DNA of 64,000 bases from Magallana gigas (Eukaryota), in contig NC_088854.1 in assembly GCF_963853765.1 (NCBI RefSeq), forward strand, positions 7,750,001 through 7,814,000. Direction: 5' to 3'. How positions within the stretch are numbered: the stretch's first letter is position 1; every line of letters starts with the position of its first letter. The notes under the pieces are model-generated. The model saw only the letters and a list, made by a program, of their open reading frames with translations. It did no database searches and was not told the origin of the DNA. Positions 36,501 through 48,540 of this stretch are shown piece by piece. Both the position numbers and the translations under genes were made by a program.

Positions 36501-39500
36501 AACATTTGGAGAATAATACAGAAGAGAGACTAGATGGAGTAGATGGGATGTTCAATGTTACCAACGAGAGACTAGATGGAGTAGATGGAATGTTCAATGC
36601 TACCAACGAGAGACTAGATGAAGTAGATGGTATGTTCAATGCTACCAACGAGAGACTAGATGGAGTAGACAGGCTGTTCAATGTTTTCACCTCTGATCTT
36701 TACGACATTAGTAAGTTTTGACTCAACAAGTAAACAATATGCTATTACGTATTCGTTTTCCCAGTTTGAGATATTGAGAAACTTTGAATAATTGATACCT
36801 ACTTTGTTTTACTGGTATGCGAGATTAAATTGATAAAAGGTTACAGGGAACACATGGTTTTTGATTTTAAAACAAATGTGTTCATTGCAGGGTTTCTTAT
36901 TTCAAAGGAGGGCTATAACTTGTTTTTTGGGGTTTTTTAAAAATAATTTCTTTTAAATTCCTCCATTTATACTTCCTTTTTTGGTTGGGTTATATTTATT
37001 CTTCCATCAATAAAATATGATGTATTTTGAATTTATAAACCATTTGGTTTGTTGTTGTGTTTTTTAAAAGAAACGAAATTCCTTCTGTGCTGTTTTCCCT
37101 TATAACTTTTTATGTTTTTTTTAATCGAGCTTAATTAACTGTCTCTAAAGGATATTTTGATGATACTTCTTAAATAAGTATATACCTATACATCGAAGAT
37201 TTTAAGATTTAAAAAAATCCCCATGCGTTTTCCATTTTAATTATGAATGTGTGAAAATTTTCAACTTGTTTCTTCTTTTTTTTTTTATTTCAAATATTAT
37301 TTAAAAATATGTTTTGATAAATAATAACAAAGTTTATTTATTTACAAAAATAATTTTTATATAGAATATTAAGTCTTATTGAACTGTAATATATGCTATA
37401 CTTAATGGTCTATCAACAAATGTCTTTGTAAAATATCTTTTCATTGCCAATATTTTAAAACCGTCATTCATTATTTTCTTAATATAACTTTAAAAAAATC
37501 TTGTTCCCATACCTTTATTTTATTATACTCATTTATATTTAATTTTCCTCTTGTTATTGTTTTACAAATATTAATTAAAACAATTAAAGTCTATATGGTG
37601 TATTGGCCATTATTATCCAGCTGCATACTTCAGTTTGATTGATGGTGTCTTTTTTCTCACGCGAATTTTTTAATATGCGTTATACTTATTACCTATACAC
37701 TTTTTTGTTTAACAAATACATGTTAAGACACTTTGAGTGCCGAGTATTTTTTGTTTTGTGATACTAGAACTTTTGTTTGTTTGTTGGGTTTTTGTGTGTG
37801 TTGAAACCACGACTAATTTTCAATTTAAGTCAAGTTACGGTATTATTTATCAAAAGCAATAATAAGAAACCATGTTAATAGATAAGTTTAGTCCAATGTT
37901 AGAATGCTGAAAACTGTATATTAATTGTTCTTTTTTATATATCCTGCTGATTTTAAACTTAGGTTTATACATTGTTGTGTTGCTATTTGCGGTGGTATTT
38001 GCTGTTTTCCTTGCTGCCTATGAAAAATTGGTATCAAAACAACTTCGGACTGTTGATAGTGCAGCGCCTGCAGAAGTTACGAAAGGCCACATGTTGGAGT
38101 CTGGACGAAACAAAAGATTAAAGAAAGAAGATACGGTATAAAAATTGTATTTTATACATGAACACCAACAACGTATAGCAGAATAGCTGCATCACAATTC
38201 TAGTTTAAGCAGATATATTTTCAAAATGTTGCAACACTTTAAAGAAGCAGCTTACTAGTATTTTACAGAACATATATTCAATTCAAACAGAAAAATAATT
38301 TCTATGGTATCAGTATAAAAAAAGAGTACAGCTCTTAGCTAGCCTAGTTGCTATTATAAATGTGCAAACTTCATTAATCATTACCTTTTTTTATCAAAAC
38401 ATCATTAGACTACTACATATATTCTAACATTAAAAATGATCTATTGTTTTGATTTCTTTTTTATATTTTGACATCCGATCTTCTTCGTTTGTGACATTGA
38501 TAGTAGCAATTTAACTCGAATTTTTCTAAGCTCATTGTCAAACGAATAATACATTGATGTCAATTACTAACGAATTACTGAAAGCTTGTATTTAGAAGCA
38601 ATAGTTAGACTGATAAGTTCATTCTAACAGCTATAATCCAACTTTATTTGCATGTTTTCAAAGAAATAAAATACATTATATGTTAAAACAAATAAGAATA
38701 AGGGGAATTTGTCATATCATATTTATGATCATATTCTTTGATAAGTTTTGGTGTTTAATATAAGGATTTTTACTGCTAACAATTTAACAAAAAGTAAATT
38801 ATAAAAAAAAAACAAATCAATACAAGGAATGTGTATTGTGTTGATTAAATGTAGAGTGCTAAGGCAAATTATTAAATATATAAATTAAAGGTTTTCAAAT
38901 AGTAAACTTTAGGAAGTAAAAGGACTTTCCTATAATTGTATTTTTCTCACACTTATCAGTCGGTTATACAGTTTTCCAGTGCTCTTATTGAGAAACTATC
39001 ACGAAAAAACAAGGAAAAAGGAGTTGGTATTATCAGTTTTAATTCGTCAACTCAAGAAAATCACAAGAGGTCTTTTGAAGCAATTGATATACCCTCATCT
39101 TTGCCAGTTCAAGTAAGAGTAGTGAATAAATTGCATTTGTTATTTGATTTCTAAAAAGTTTGCATTTACTGATTTAGTCAATTTTTAAATTTTAATGTTG
39201 AATTTCATACATTTTACAGGCCTATGTTATTTTAAAATTAGATGACCTAATGCTCGTGCAACCTTACACGAAAATGTTTATTTTTGTTGACTTCAATGAA
39301 AGAAACATTATTCTTGAAAACTCCGAAACTGAAATTGGAGACATCAGGAGACGAACCACTGAAGTCTTACTCGAAGTAGGGTGTAAGTATTTGGATAAAA
39401 AAGGAACTTGGAACAGTTGTTATAATTGGCCGTTATTAATATTATGTTTTCTTTAATTTTACTATCAATTTATTTTGGGGGAGCAAAACAAAACTTGCTT

Positions 39501-39702
39501 ACATTTTCTTTCAGGTGATGTCTTTGTCGTCTACTACAGAGATAAAAATTCTAAATTTTTGCCAAAAGAAAACCTTTACAGCACCAGTCTATATTCCATT
39601 GAAAAGCAGACAGTACTCTCCAGATTAAGAAGCAGAGGCAGAGTGTTCTCTGTTTATGATACTTTCCATCCTCAGCAAATTCAAATATTGAATACTGCCT
39701 AA
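33202..39702 (+). CDS. Uncharacterised 2TM coiled-coil protein with C-terminal alpha/beta domain, paralogue 2, ~638 aa
   Basis: Exons 33202-33446, 34061-34425, 36069-36710, 37963-38135, 38972-39112, 39220-39382 and 39515-39702 total 1917 nt, with the same intron phases as paralogue 1. TM1 is FYIQLVVLLVLQLITVPIVNLL, TM2 is LYIVVLLFAVVFAVFLAAY, and the motif is IFVDFNERNIILENSETEIGD...CDVFVVY. Confidence 0.85.
33459..33500. repeat. (ATCT)n microsatellite, about 10 units, just after the paralogue 2 exon 1 donor
   Basis: Read directly. Confidence 0.95.
34955..35451. repeat. 68-70-bp minisatellite x7 in paralogue 2 intron 2
   Basis: Units start at 34955, 35025, 35095, 35165, 35233, 35301 and 35369, with core CATGATAATGTGTAGTGTAAAGTTTATCGATTGAGTCCCATGTG. 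Confidence 0.95.
36524..36691 (+). repeat. Coding 42-bp (14-aa) tandem repeat x4 in the paralogue 2 ectodomain
   Basis: ERLDGVDGMFNVTN / ERLDGVDGMFNATN / ERLDEVDGMFNATN / ERLDGVDRLFNVFT. Confidence 0.95.
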
Positions 39703-40289
39703 AATGACAACCATCTTCATGGGAAAAAAAATCAAGATTCAAAATATAATGAAATTTAAATTTTACTTGATTTACATTCATCTACCTTATTCTAAAAGAA
39801 ACAAAACACAAAGATACTTTTAGGGGCCAATGATTTTTTATGTGTAATGTTTTCAATATTTGTGATTTTTAAAACAAAAACAAATTAAATCAAAGTAATA
39901 ATTCTGCATGGTTTTTATGTTCTTTTCTTTGATAAAGCAACACTCAAGAAATGTTATTATGGGAAAACCTTGGATCACTTATTGTCTTTAATCTGTGGAT
40001 GTAAATTTATACAATTATACAACGATAATAATGAGGATGTCTGTAGAGGTTGTTTTCAAAGACATTGTGTTTCTTTCTGTAATAAAATAATTGTATACAT
40101 TTTATTTATTTACTCATCTACTAATTGCAACATTGTCAATAGACACTGTCAACAGAAATTGTCAATAGACAAATAATAGCGGAAAATGTGGTGAGACATA
40201 ATTTACCGACAGCCACTAAGATTAATTCGAAATCTTCTTCATATTCACTATACGGCTATATTTGTTACATGTATTTCCCCTCCCTTATA

Positions 40290-41150
40290 AAAAAATGAAA
40301 ACCTTGATTTTTGCCCCATGGGAGGGAATTCAACAAAATACATTTAAGGACAGGACATTATCAAAAAAAATAACAATGTAAATAGTTTATCTCCCACGAT
40401 TGTAATAGTACAGAAGAAAATATTTCTGAATCAATTCATATTCATTATGTAGCTATATTGACCAAGGAACTCAACCCCTGGTACAGGGGTCGTGAATTTC
40501 ACAATTTTGGTAAAAGGCTTCGTGGACATCATAACCATGTATGCAGTTTTTCTCAAATATATATATATGAAAGAAGAGAAGAAGATTTTATACATCTAAT
40601 ACATGTTCGCTATAAGGCCATATTGGGCGAGCCCGGGGACCCAATCTTTCTAATCAATGGACCATAAATGTCACTATTTAGGTAGAGGCATTCATGGACA
40701 TCATAACCATGCAGCCACTTTTTCTGAAATATGTACGGGAGAATTGGTTGAAGAATATGTAATTATACATTTTCACTATATTGTCATATTGACCTACCCT
40801 ATGGCTTCAATCTTTTTCCGAGGCGTCTTGTATTTCACATTTAAGGTAAAGGGCTTATGAATATCATAACATTGCACATAGTTTATTACCCACTTGTAAG
40901 CGTTGAAGTGAAAAAGAATAAAAAAAAAAGATTTATTTCACCATACATATCACTTGAATTTTAGATTAGAGGTATTCTTAGATATCAGGACCACGTATTT
41001 AGTTTTTCCTTAATTTTACCAATGTGGTAAAGGTCTTTAATGGAAATCACAACCCGCATTCAGAAGTTCTATTCACTATTCGAATAGCGAATAACATTCC
41101 GTGGTCGGTATCCTTGCATTAAGTCTCTTGAGTGACTCAGGTGACCTAAA
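40290..41150 (-). mobile_element. Degenerate satellite-bearing HINE-like element between paralogues 2 and 3
   Basis: Repeated GGACATCATAACCATG units. The terminus GAGTGACTCAGGTGACCTAAA at ~41130-41150 is the reverse of the usual TTTAGGTCACCTGAGTCACTC start. Confidence 0.5.
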
Positions 41151-43332
41151 ACATTATCATCGTATTGAAATTGTGCAACATGCAGATGATCTTACAAACA
41201 AGACATAAAAAACAGACTGTACAATAAGTACTAGGTCCATCATTTTTTTCTCTAGAGATCAGGTCATAAATAACAAAGGGCGAGTTTACTGATATACATA
41301 TCACTTTACAAAAAATTACTGGGATTACGATTTACTTAGAAAGCTAGAATTTTGGGAGTTCGACGTTTGACAGACCGAATGTTGCAATGACCTGTATAAA
41401 TTGCATGGTTTTTTTGTAGTTTGGTTAGTGAACCCTTAATAAGATTACAATTGTTTACATTCAAATAATACAACGACATAAAAAGGATTTTGATTGATTG
41501 TTTTAGTTCAAGAGTTTCATGTTTACTTTGCTAATTTCACTATTCTATATTTTTTTATCATGTCAGTTATGCAGTCGTTTCTCCTACACATAGCTCAAGA
41601 TTTAAAACAACGCAGTTTTCAGTTTAATGTCTGACAGTATTTTGAACAAAATCTGCTGTGCCTCGATCAGTAGTATAAATTCTTTTTGAGGAGTATTTCC
41701 AAATGGAAATGTTTTAAATAAATGTCAAAAAAAAAACCTAACAAAATAATATTGGTAATTACTAATACTCTTCAAGAATGAAAGAAAAAGTGAAGACAGA
41801 TACGATAAAAACGTAACGAAATATATACTTTGTAGAGTATTATTTTGAAGTTGCAGACAAAACATGATTTCTATAATTACGTTTATGACATATTTAAGGA
41901 TTATTGATAAAATAATGACGTTTTCATCTTTTATTGACGAGAAATAGGGAACGGTGCGTTAACCTTACTATACTGTGATATTGACTACCATTAAACACGT
42001 TAATAGATATGATAGTGGGACTACCACTTACGTCACCGGAAATGACCTTGGGAGCATTATCTGGTTGGATGTTTTATTTTGCAGGTTTGTTTTGCAGACA
42101 GCTAGTATGATAAGAAATATAAATTTAAAAAAATGATAAGGCATTAAAGTTAACTTTCATCAATTTGATTTCTTTTAAGAATAGTTCAAAGAAATCAGTT
42201 TAAACTTTCAAAAATCGCCGAAAGTAAGAATGTTATGAATGATTCACTGACAATGAATTGTCATCGTAAAGTTAAACATTATATGCTTTTTGAAACAAAT
42301 GTATAACCTAATTTTTACGCGTCGCCATGCATATGCTTTTATAAGTAATCTTATATCTAACTTCCATACGTTCGAATGTTAACTATAACCTTATTTGTGT
42401 AAAAAGGAAAAACGTCACATGACAACTAGTATAGCGATATGATACCAAGAAATGCAGCTAGATTTGTCGTCAGGTTTACGAACAAGGAAATCGATAAAGA
42501 CCTACGTGTTTGCACACTGTTAAGTAAATACATTGTGCAGAGATAACAAAAATCTGACTTGTAATTGAAATAATTCTATTATGAAAGTAGAATTCATCGT
42601 TTAATGTATTAGATAATTTACATTCATTTATACTAACAAAGCTCTTTGAAGAAAATAATTTTGAGACGTGAGTTAAAAAAAACAACAACACATGAATAAC
42701 AAATATTGATAAGTTTTTTATGATATTAGTCATGGACTCATTGGCAATTAAAAATTGTTAATTAGTAAAAGACAAAACTTCTAAATGAATTTAGTTATGT
42801 TTACCCGGGTTATTATAGATATAGTGTAGTATATCGATTTTAAATTCGAATTCACCCAGATAAGGTAACCTTTTGTCCGTTCAAGGTGTGAAATAAAGAT
42901 AAGAAAAAATCTTTTACATTTCAAATCCTTTATTTACCCGGAAGACTACATGTATATATGATGACAATAGTTCAGAATAAATTTTGTTGCAAGCAAATAG
43001 ACGTCAAAAACTGACCAAATCCAAGATTAAATTTACCCCCCCCCCCCCAAAAAAAAAAAGATGTCTTTAATCGGAAGAAAAAAATTAAACCATTTCATTC
43101 AAAAGTTCAAATCTCCCACAGCCCCAACCCCTACCCCACCCCCAAAACATTTTGCATGATCAACACCTGGCAAATATGATCCACAAAATTTTAAAATATG
43201 AACAGATTCCGTTTTTAATTAATTCTATAATAATATGTCTTCCATTTATCTACAATTAAATTCAAGACACGCAAAAGATTGTTCAGAACATTCAACAAGT
43301 AAACACTAGTTCCAATTGATTTTCAGGAGTTC

Positions 43333-46300
43333 ATGGCGCAAAACACATCCGACAATTCGGAATGTTTGGCAGAATCATGGCGTATAGAAGCTTTAGAGGG
43401 GAAAACGGAAAAAACTGAGGATATAGCACGAGATGTTGATTCGAGAAAATGTCAGAATACTTCGACGCAAGAAACTTTATCAAATTCAAATATTTCTGGA
43501 AAAACATCCGATCCAGAGGACTTTTTAGTGCAAACGCACCATTTATCGTTGCAAACAGACAAAACATATGAACTTCAAGAACAGTCGGAAAAAGAATCCG
43601 TTAATTTAAACGAATTCCAAAATGAACCTTTGAAAAATCCAAACTTTCAATCAGAAAAAACAAGAGATGATTCAGCACATTTAATACGTGAAAAATTAAT
43701 GACAAAATTAGAGGATTCAAATTATTCTTCAGAAACATGCCATCCAGAAGTGCCATCAGAACATTTAGCGTATCATACAGATGAAACATCTGAGGAAAAA
43801 TATGAAGAAAAATCAGAAAATATAAAAACATTACAAGATAACGTTCCAGATTTGAAATTAAATCACCCATCCCAGAATTTGAGGGACCCATCAGAAGTAA
43901 TTTCTCGTGATTTAAAGCATAACTTTCCAGAGACAAAGACACATGGGGATACCGGTATAACCGTTGCCCATGGTGAATTCAAACCTTCAGAACCAACAGA
44001 TAACACCACCACTGAAAAGCAAACGCAGTCTGTTGAAACAACAAAGACAGTGTCTTCCTATGGACTCTTGATTCTGACAACGATCTTAATACTTGTTCAT
44101 TTGTATGTATTTTTTGCCTTTTTTATAAACCAATCTTAAGCGTTGAAGCTATTTTTTATTTTCCTAACGAAAAATCATGGTTTATGTTAGGTTACATAAA
44201 CCAAAGTCTCAAGCTTTTCTGATTAAAATGTGCTGCTAAAATTACCTTCGTCAAGGGATCTTCTCGATTAAGAATACACAAATCGATGTACCAATATTGT
44301 CAACACTTTAAAAAAGCCGAGAAAAACACATCATGAATTTAATAATTTCATTATCTATTTTTCATTTGCTTTCTACTTTCAGATTTACGATTGTTTTTAT
44401 CTACAGTCGATTGACAGGGGATAATAAAATAACAACCGAAAATCTTTTAAACAAAGATAATACACATCCTGTAATTCAAATGAATGAAACCTGCGAGAGG
44501 ATATTAAAAGAAATGCAAGAAGAGTTTGAGAAAACACAGACCATTACTGAAGATCATTTAAAAGAGGAGCGCAAGGAAATCACTGAAATGAGAGGTATTC
44601 TTGTTTTTAAAAAAAAAAGTTTCTTACAAAAATTTATTGTGTTTCACATTTATATCAGTTATTCGTCTTAGGAGTTTGATTTTTCAAACACAAATTCAAC
44701 ATCACTGTTTACATTAATCAATAAACAAAATGAGTACTCATTCTGCATCTAATTTAAATTCTATTTTAAAAGGACAATTATGAACACGTCTCAGCTGCCG
44801 GATGTGGATATCATTCTGTTGTAATGAAACTTTATGTCAATACCTTATCTTAACATGCTGATACTTCTTAATCACTTGAACAATTAAATGGTTCTTTAGT
44901 GTTCCATGTGGGTATGAAGGTAGCTAGCATTGCAGAAGAATTACTTGCTTCACGTTAGAATTAATAAAAGCATAAGGCGTATAATTAGCAGGTAAAAACG
45001 AATCATATAATGATGCAACATCATCAGAACACGAATGGTATTAAAATAAAACATCTTTACTTTTAAATTCTTAGTTTTTATGGTTATAAAAACAGCATTA
45101 ATTTTGCTTTGATTTATTTAGAAATAAACAAAAAGACTAATTTTGTATACAACTCCTGTCATTTAAGCATTGAATGCTGATGTTTGGATACTAGTATCAT
45201 TGGTTCTATATAACACACCGAGGCTGTGAATACAAATTGAATATAATTTGTCTGTACATCATTGTTGTGTTATACGATCGACTACATCGAAAAATAAGTA
45301 TCCAATACAGTGTACTTATATTTATATTCACATTGATGTGAATTTGTATGAAGTATTTGTGTATCGTCGCTTTAAAGCCTTTATATACGCTCTGGGTCAG
45401 GGATATGAAACATAAATAGAGCAGTAATTTGAGCATGTTTATTTAGTTCGCATCCGCGACTAAAAATATAGTGCCAAAAACTTTGTAGAAAAAATCTTTT
45501 TATTTAACTAATAGATATGAGTTAATGGTTATTTTTTATGGGAACATATCAAATTGGTTCTGTAAGTTTGAACGTTTAATTTGTTCTCACAATAATGAAT
45601 ATACTCATAACACGTTATGACATTTATATTTGTGCTCATGGCGCATGAATAGGAAAAAATGAATTCACAGGAAATTGAACTTTGCATATTTCAATTCTAA
45701 TGCAATCATTCAGTCGCACTGAATGTAAATATTACTATATCTACAAGCAGAATTTACAATGCGGTTGCTTCGAATCATATATGTACAAGCTTCTTAATGT
45801 TAAATAGTTTACGATAGGTTTAGGATACAATATAAATGGTATTGTGAGGCCTGGTAAGTAATTACCTCATTTCTTATTTATCTCAAGGAGTTTGCCAATT
45901 TAAGAAAAGTTGAAATATCTTTATCAATTCTAGGAAAAATTCAGTTTTTGGAGGGTATTCAATCAAAACTGCAAGTCCAAATGGATACTCTGGAGAAAAG
46001 CTGCAAAGCAATGGAAGAAAAATATTCGGAAATCAAAACTAATATTATGAGTTCCGAAATTAATTTCAAGAAAGAAATATACGATATCAGTAAGCATTCT
46101 TTCTGAAAATAGTCTTTATTACTTGAAGGAACCCAATTTGTGGGTGCTGTATGCATGGTAAACAGTCCATCCATCCGTACGCTCGTCTTATATTTTCTAT
46201 TTTAAAAAAACTGCATGAACTAATTTACTGTAGGAATCTTTCCTCTTTTGAAATTATAATTTCTGTAGTATGTGTATAAAAATTTCACAGATCTTTCAAA

Positions 46301-48303
46301 ATATCCTGTAGAAAATTATTTTTCGAAAGGAAATTATTATTTTCATTATCATTTATAAAATTTAAAAGGTGAAAATCTTGCCTGACAGGTGAGATACACC
46401 AATTACAAATAAATGTACAATCAAATATTATATTTAATATTTATCTATCTTTCAAAAGTAAGTTGATATCTGCAGAATTGTATCATTTTGTTGACAATAA
46501 ACAGTCGATTTGATATTCTTGAACATCTTATAAGAACAAGAAACTCAGTATGATTGTTTTCTTTGGCAGATTTATACATAATACTGTTTCTGATTTTGAT
46601 GATAATCGCTGTCATCTTTATGGCCCAAAAGGAACTGCTACATAGAAAATATCATGAGTCTGATCATGGCCAAAAACAAAAAGTTGGAGGACAGGAAACC
46701 GTATGAATAAAGCTACAATTACTACACGGAACAACTGATAAAAACTGTATAATTTTATGTCTCAGTTCTGGTCCTTCTTTAGTAGTTCTCTTTGAAACGG
46801 TTGTTGTTGTTTTTTAGGCTTTTTCAGAAGAACGCTTTGTGATGAGTATGTCACAAAAAGTTAAAGAAAATGGAATAAGTCTTATCAGCTTTAGTTCATT
46901 AACTCAGAATTTCCACAAGGAAATACTGAAACAAGTTTTGGAACCAAAAGCTTTGCCGTTACATGTAAGTTATTTATGTACTTCAGTTTCTTTTGCTTAT
47001 CTACATTAACGCTTAGATTGATATTAAAATAAAGATTGTATTACAGACATGCGTGGTTGGAACTTTAAACGATTTGTTCAATATTAAGCCATACCAGGTA
47101 ACGATTATCTTCGTGGACTCCAATGATAGAGACGTTATTCTGGAAAACCCAGAGACTGACATTGGAGATCTTAGGAGAAAAACTACCGAATGTCTATCGA
47201 AAATAAATTGTAAGTCTTATAAACAGTACGTTCATGAAGAAATAAATGATGAAAACAATAAACCATTTTCGATCGCTGAATTGATATTAAGTTGGTACCA
47301 GTATTTTACTTTCAAAAAACAACAACTGATTTTGAATAGACCATATCAATGTTTAACAAGGTCTTGTAGATCTCTTGGCGACGATTTCAGCTCGTACATA
47401 TTTTTTTCTTTTGTTCACATTTTATACACTTTAGTTGGTGCAAGAGGAACTACTGTGTAGCAGATATTGCATTGCAGAAATTTTAAAGCTTATTTGCTCT
47501 TTTGTTTTGAAATATCAATGTGCTTTTTTAGAAGGGAAAAACATACATTCATTGCAACATTTAAACATTTCAAAAGATTCAACAAGTAATGATACTGTTC
47601 TCAGTGTTATTTTGAAAAGTTGATTCTGGGAACGGAACGTTCATGAATATGAAAAATGTGGCAGAAAAAACCAAAGAAGGGAAAATTCCTCAAAATTTTA
47701 AATCCGATAACGATTGATTGTCCTCGAATTACTGCATGTTGCCTTATTCAAGGTAAACAGTAAATGTGTAAGCACTTCAACGATGGCAATATTGTAAGCT
47801 TTCAAATGTTTTAGTCATTTAAGGATCACGTGGTTAAATTTGACTTTATCAGATTCACTGTCAAAATTGCAGAAAAAACCTCTTTCGTGGTTATAGTACA
47901 TTTTTCACAATTTGGGATCTTGTAGTCAATATTTAAATTTGACTTTTGTTGATATTTAAAAAGAATTCATCAGTAATCGGTGTATTAAAAATGATTGGTT
48001 TGTGTTGACTTTTCGTTATTGCTTGGAATGTGCTTGTTCTTTGTTATCAAATTTAGAGAAGAGACTGATATTTCTAATCTTTCTTCTTGTTTACTAGGCG
48101 ATGTCTTTTTGATCTATTGCAAAAACAAAGGGTCCCGGTCTTTGCCTAAAGATGAATTATACAATACCAGTCTACAATCAATTAATCAAAGGCCAATGCT
48201 GTCTACACTGAGTAATCAAAACAGGGTATTATCTGTGTATGACACCTTCCATCCCCAGCAAGTGAAGCTCTTGGAGGATCGCTTTAAACAGCTGGGATCC
48301 TAA
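43333..48303 (+). CDS. Uncharacterised 2TM coiled-coil protein with C-terminal alpha/beta domain, paralogue 3 (long acidic N-terminal tail), ~594 aa
   Basis: Exons 43333-44102, 44383-44594, 45934-46089, 46570-46700, 46818-46964, 47047-47209 and 48098-48303 total 1785 nt. TM1 is YGLLILTTILILVHLFTIVFIY, TM2 is LYIILFLILMIIAVIFMA, and the motif is IFVDSNDRDVILENPETDIGD...CDVFLIY. Confidence 0.85.
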
Positions 48304-48459
48304 CAAGTCTGCTGTGATTTTTCCATAAAAATGATCAAGATAAACATTGTTGAAATATTCATGCCTTTTTTATTTGTATTGGTATTATTTATGTTTATTT
48401 TCAAACGACTAGTTTAATAATATTTACTATTAATGGATTAATAGATACATAATTGTTAA

Positions 48460-48461
<2 letters not shown>

Positions 48462-48536
<75 letters not shown>
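48462..48536. repeat. (TA)n microsatellite, about 37 units
   Basis: Read directly. Confidence 0.95.

Positions 48537-48540
<4 letters not shown>

Noticed and set aside
36253-36690. 145-aa minus-strand ORF with Ser/Leu repeats (also 43601-43942, 54763-54999, 13910-14098)
   Set aside because: These are antisense shadows of real plus-strand coding exons.
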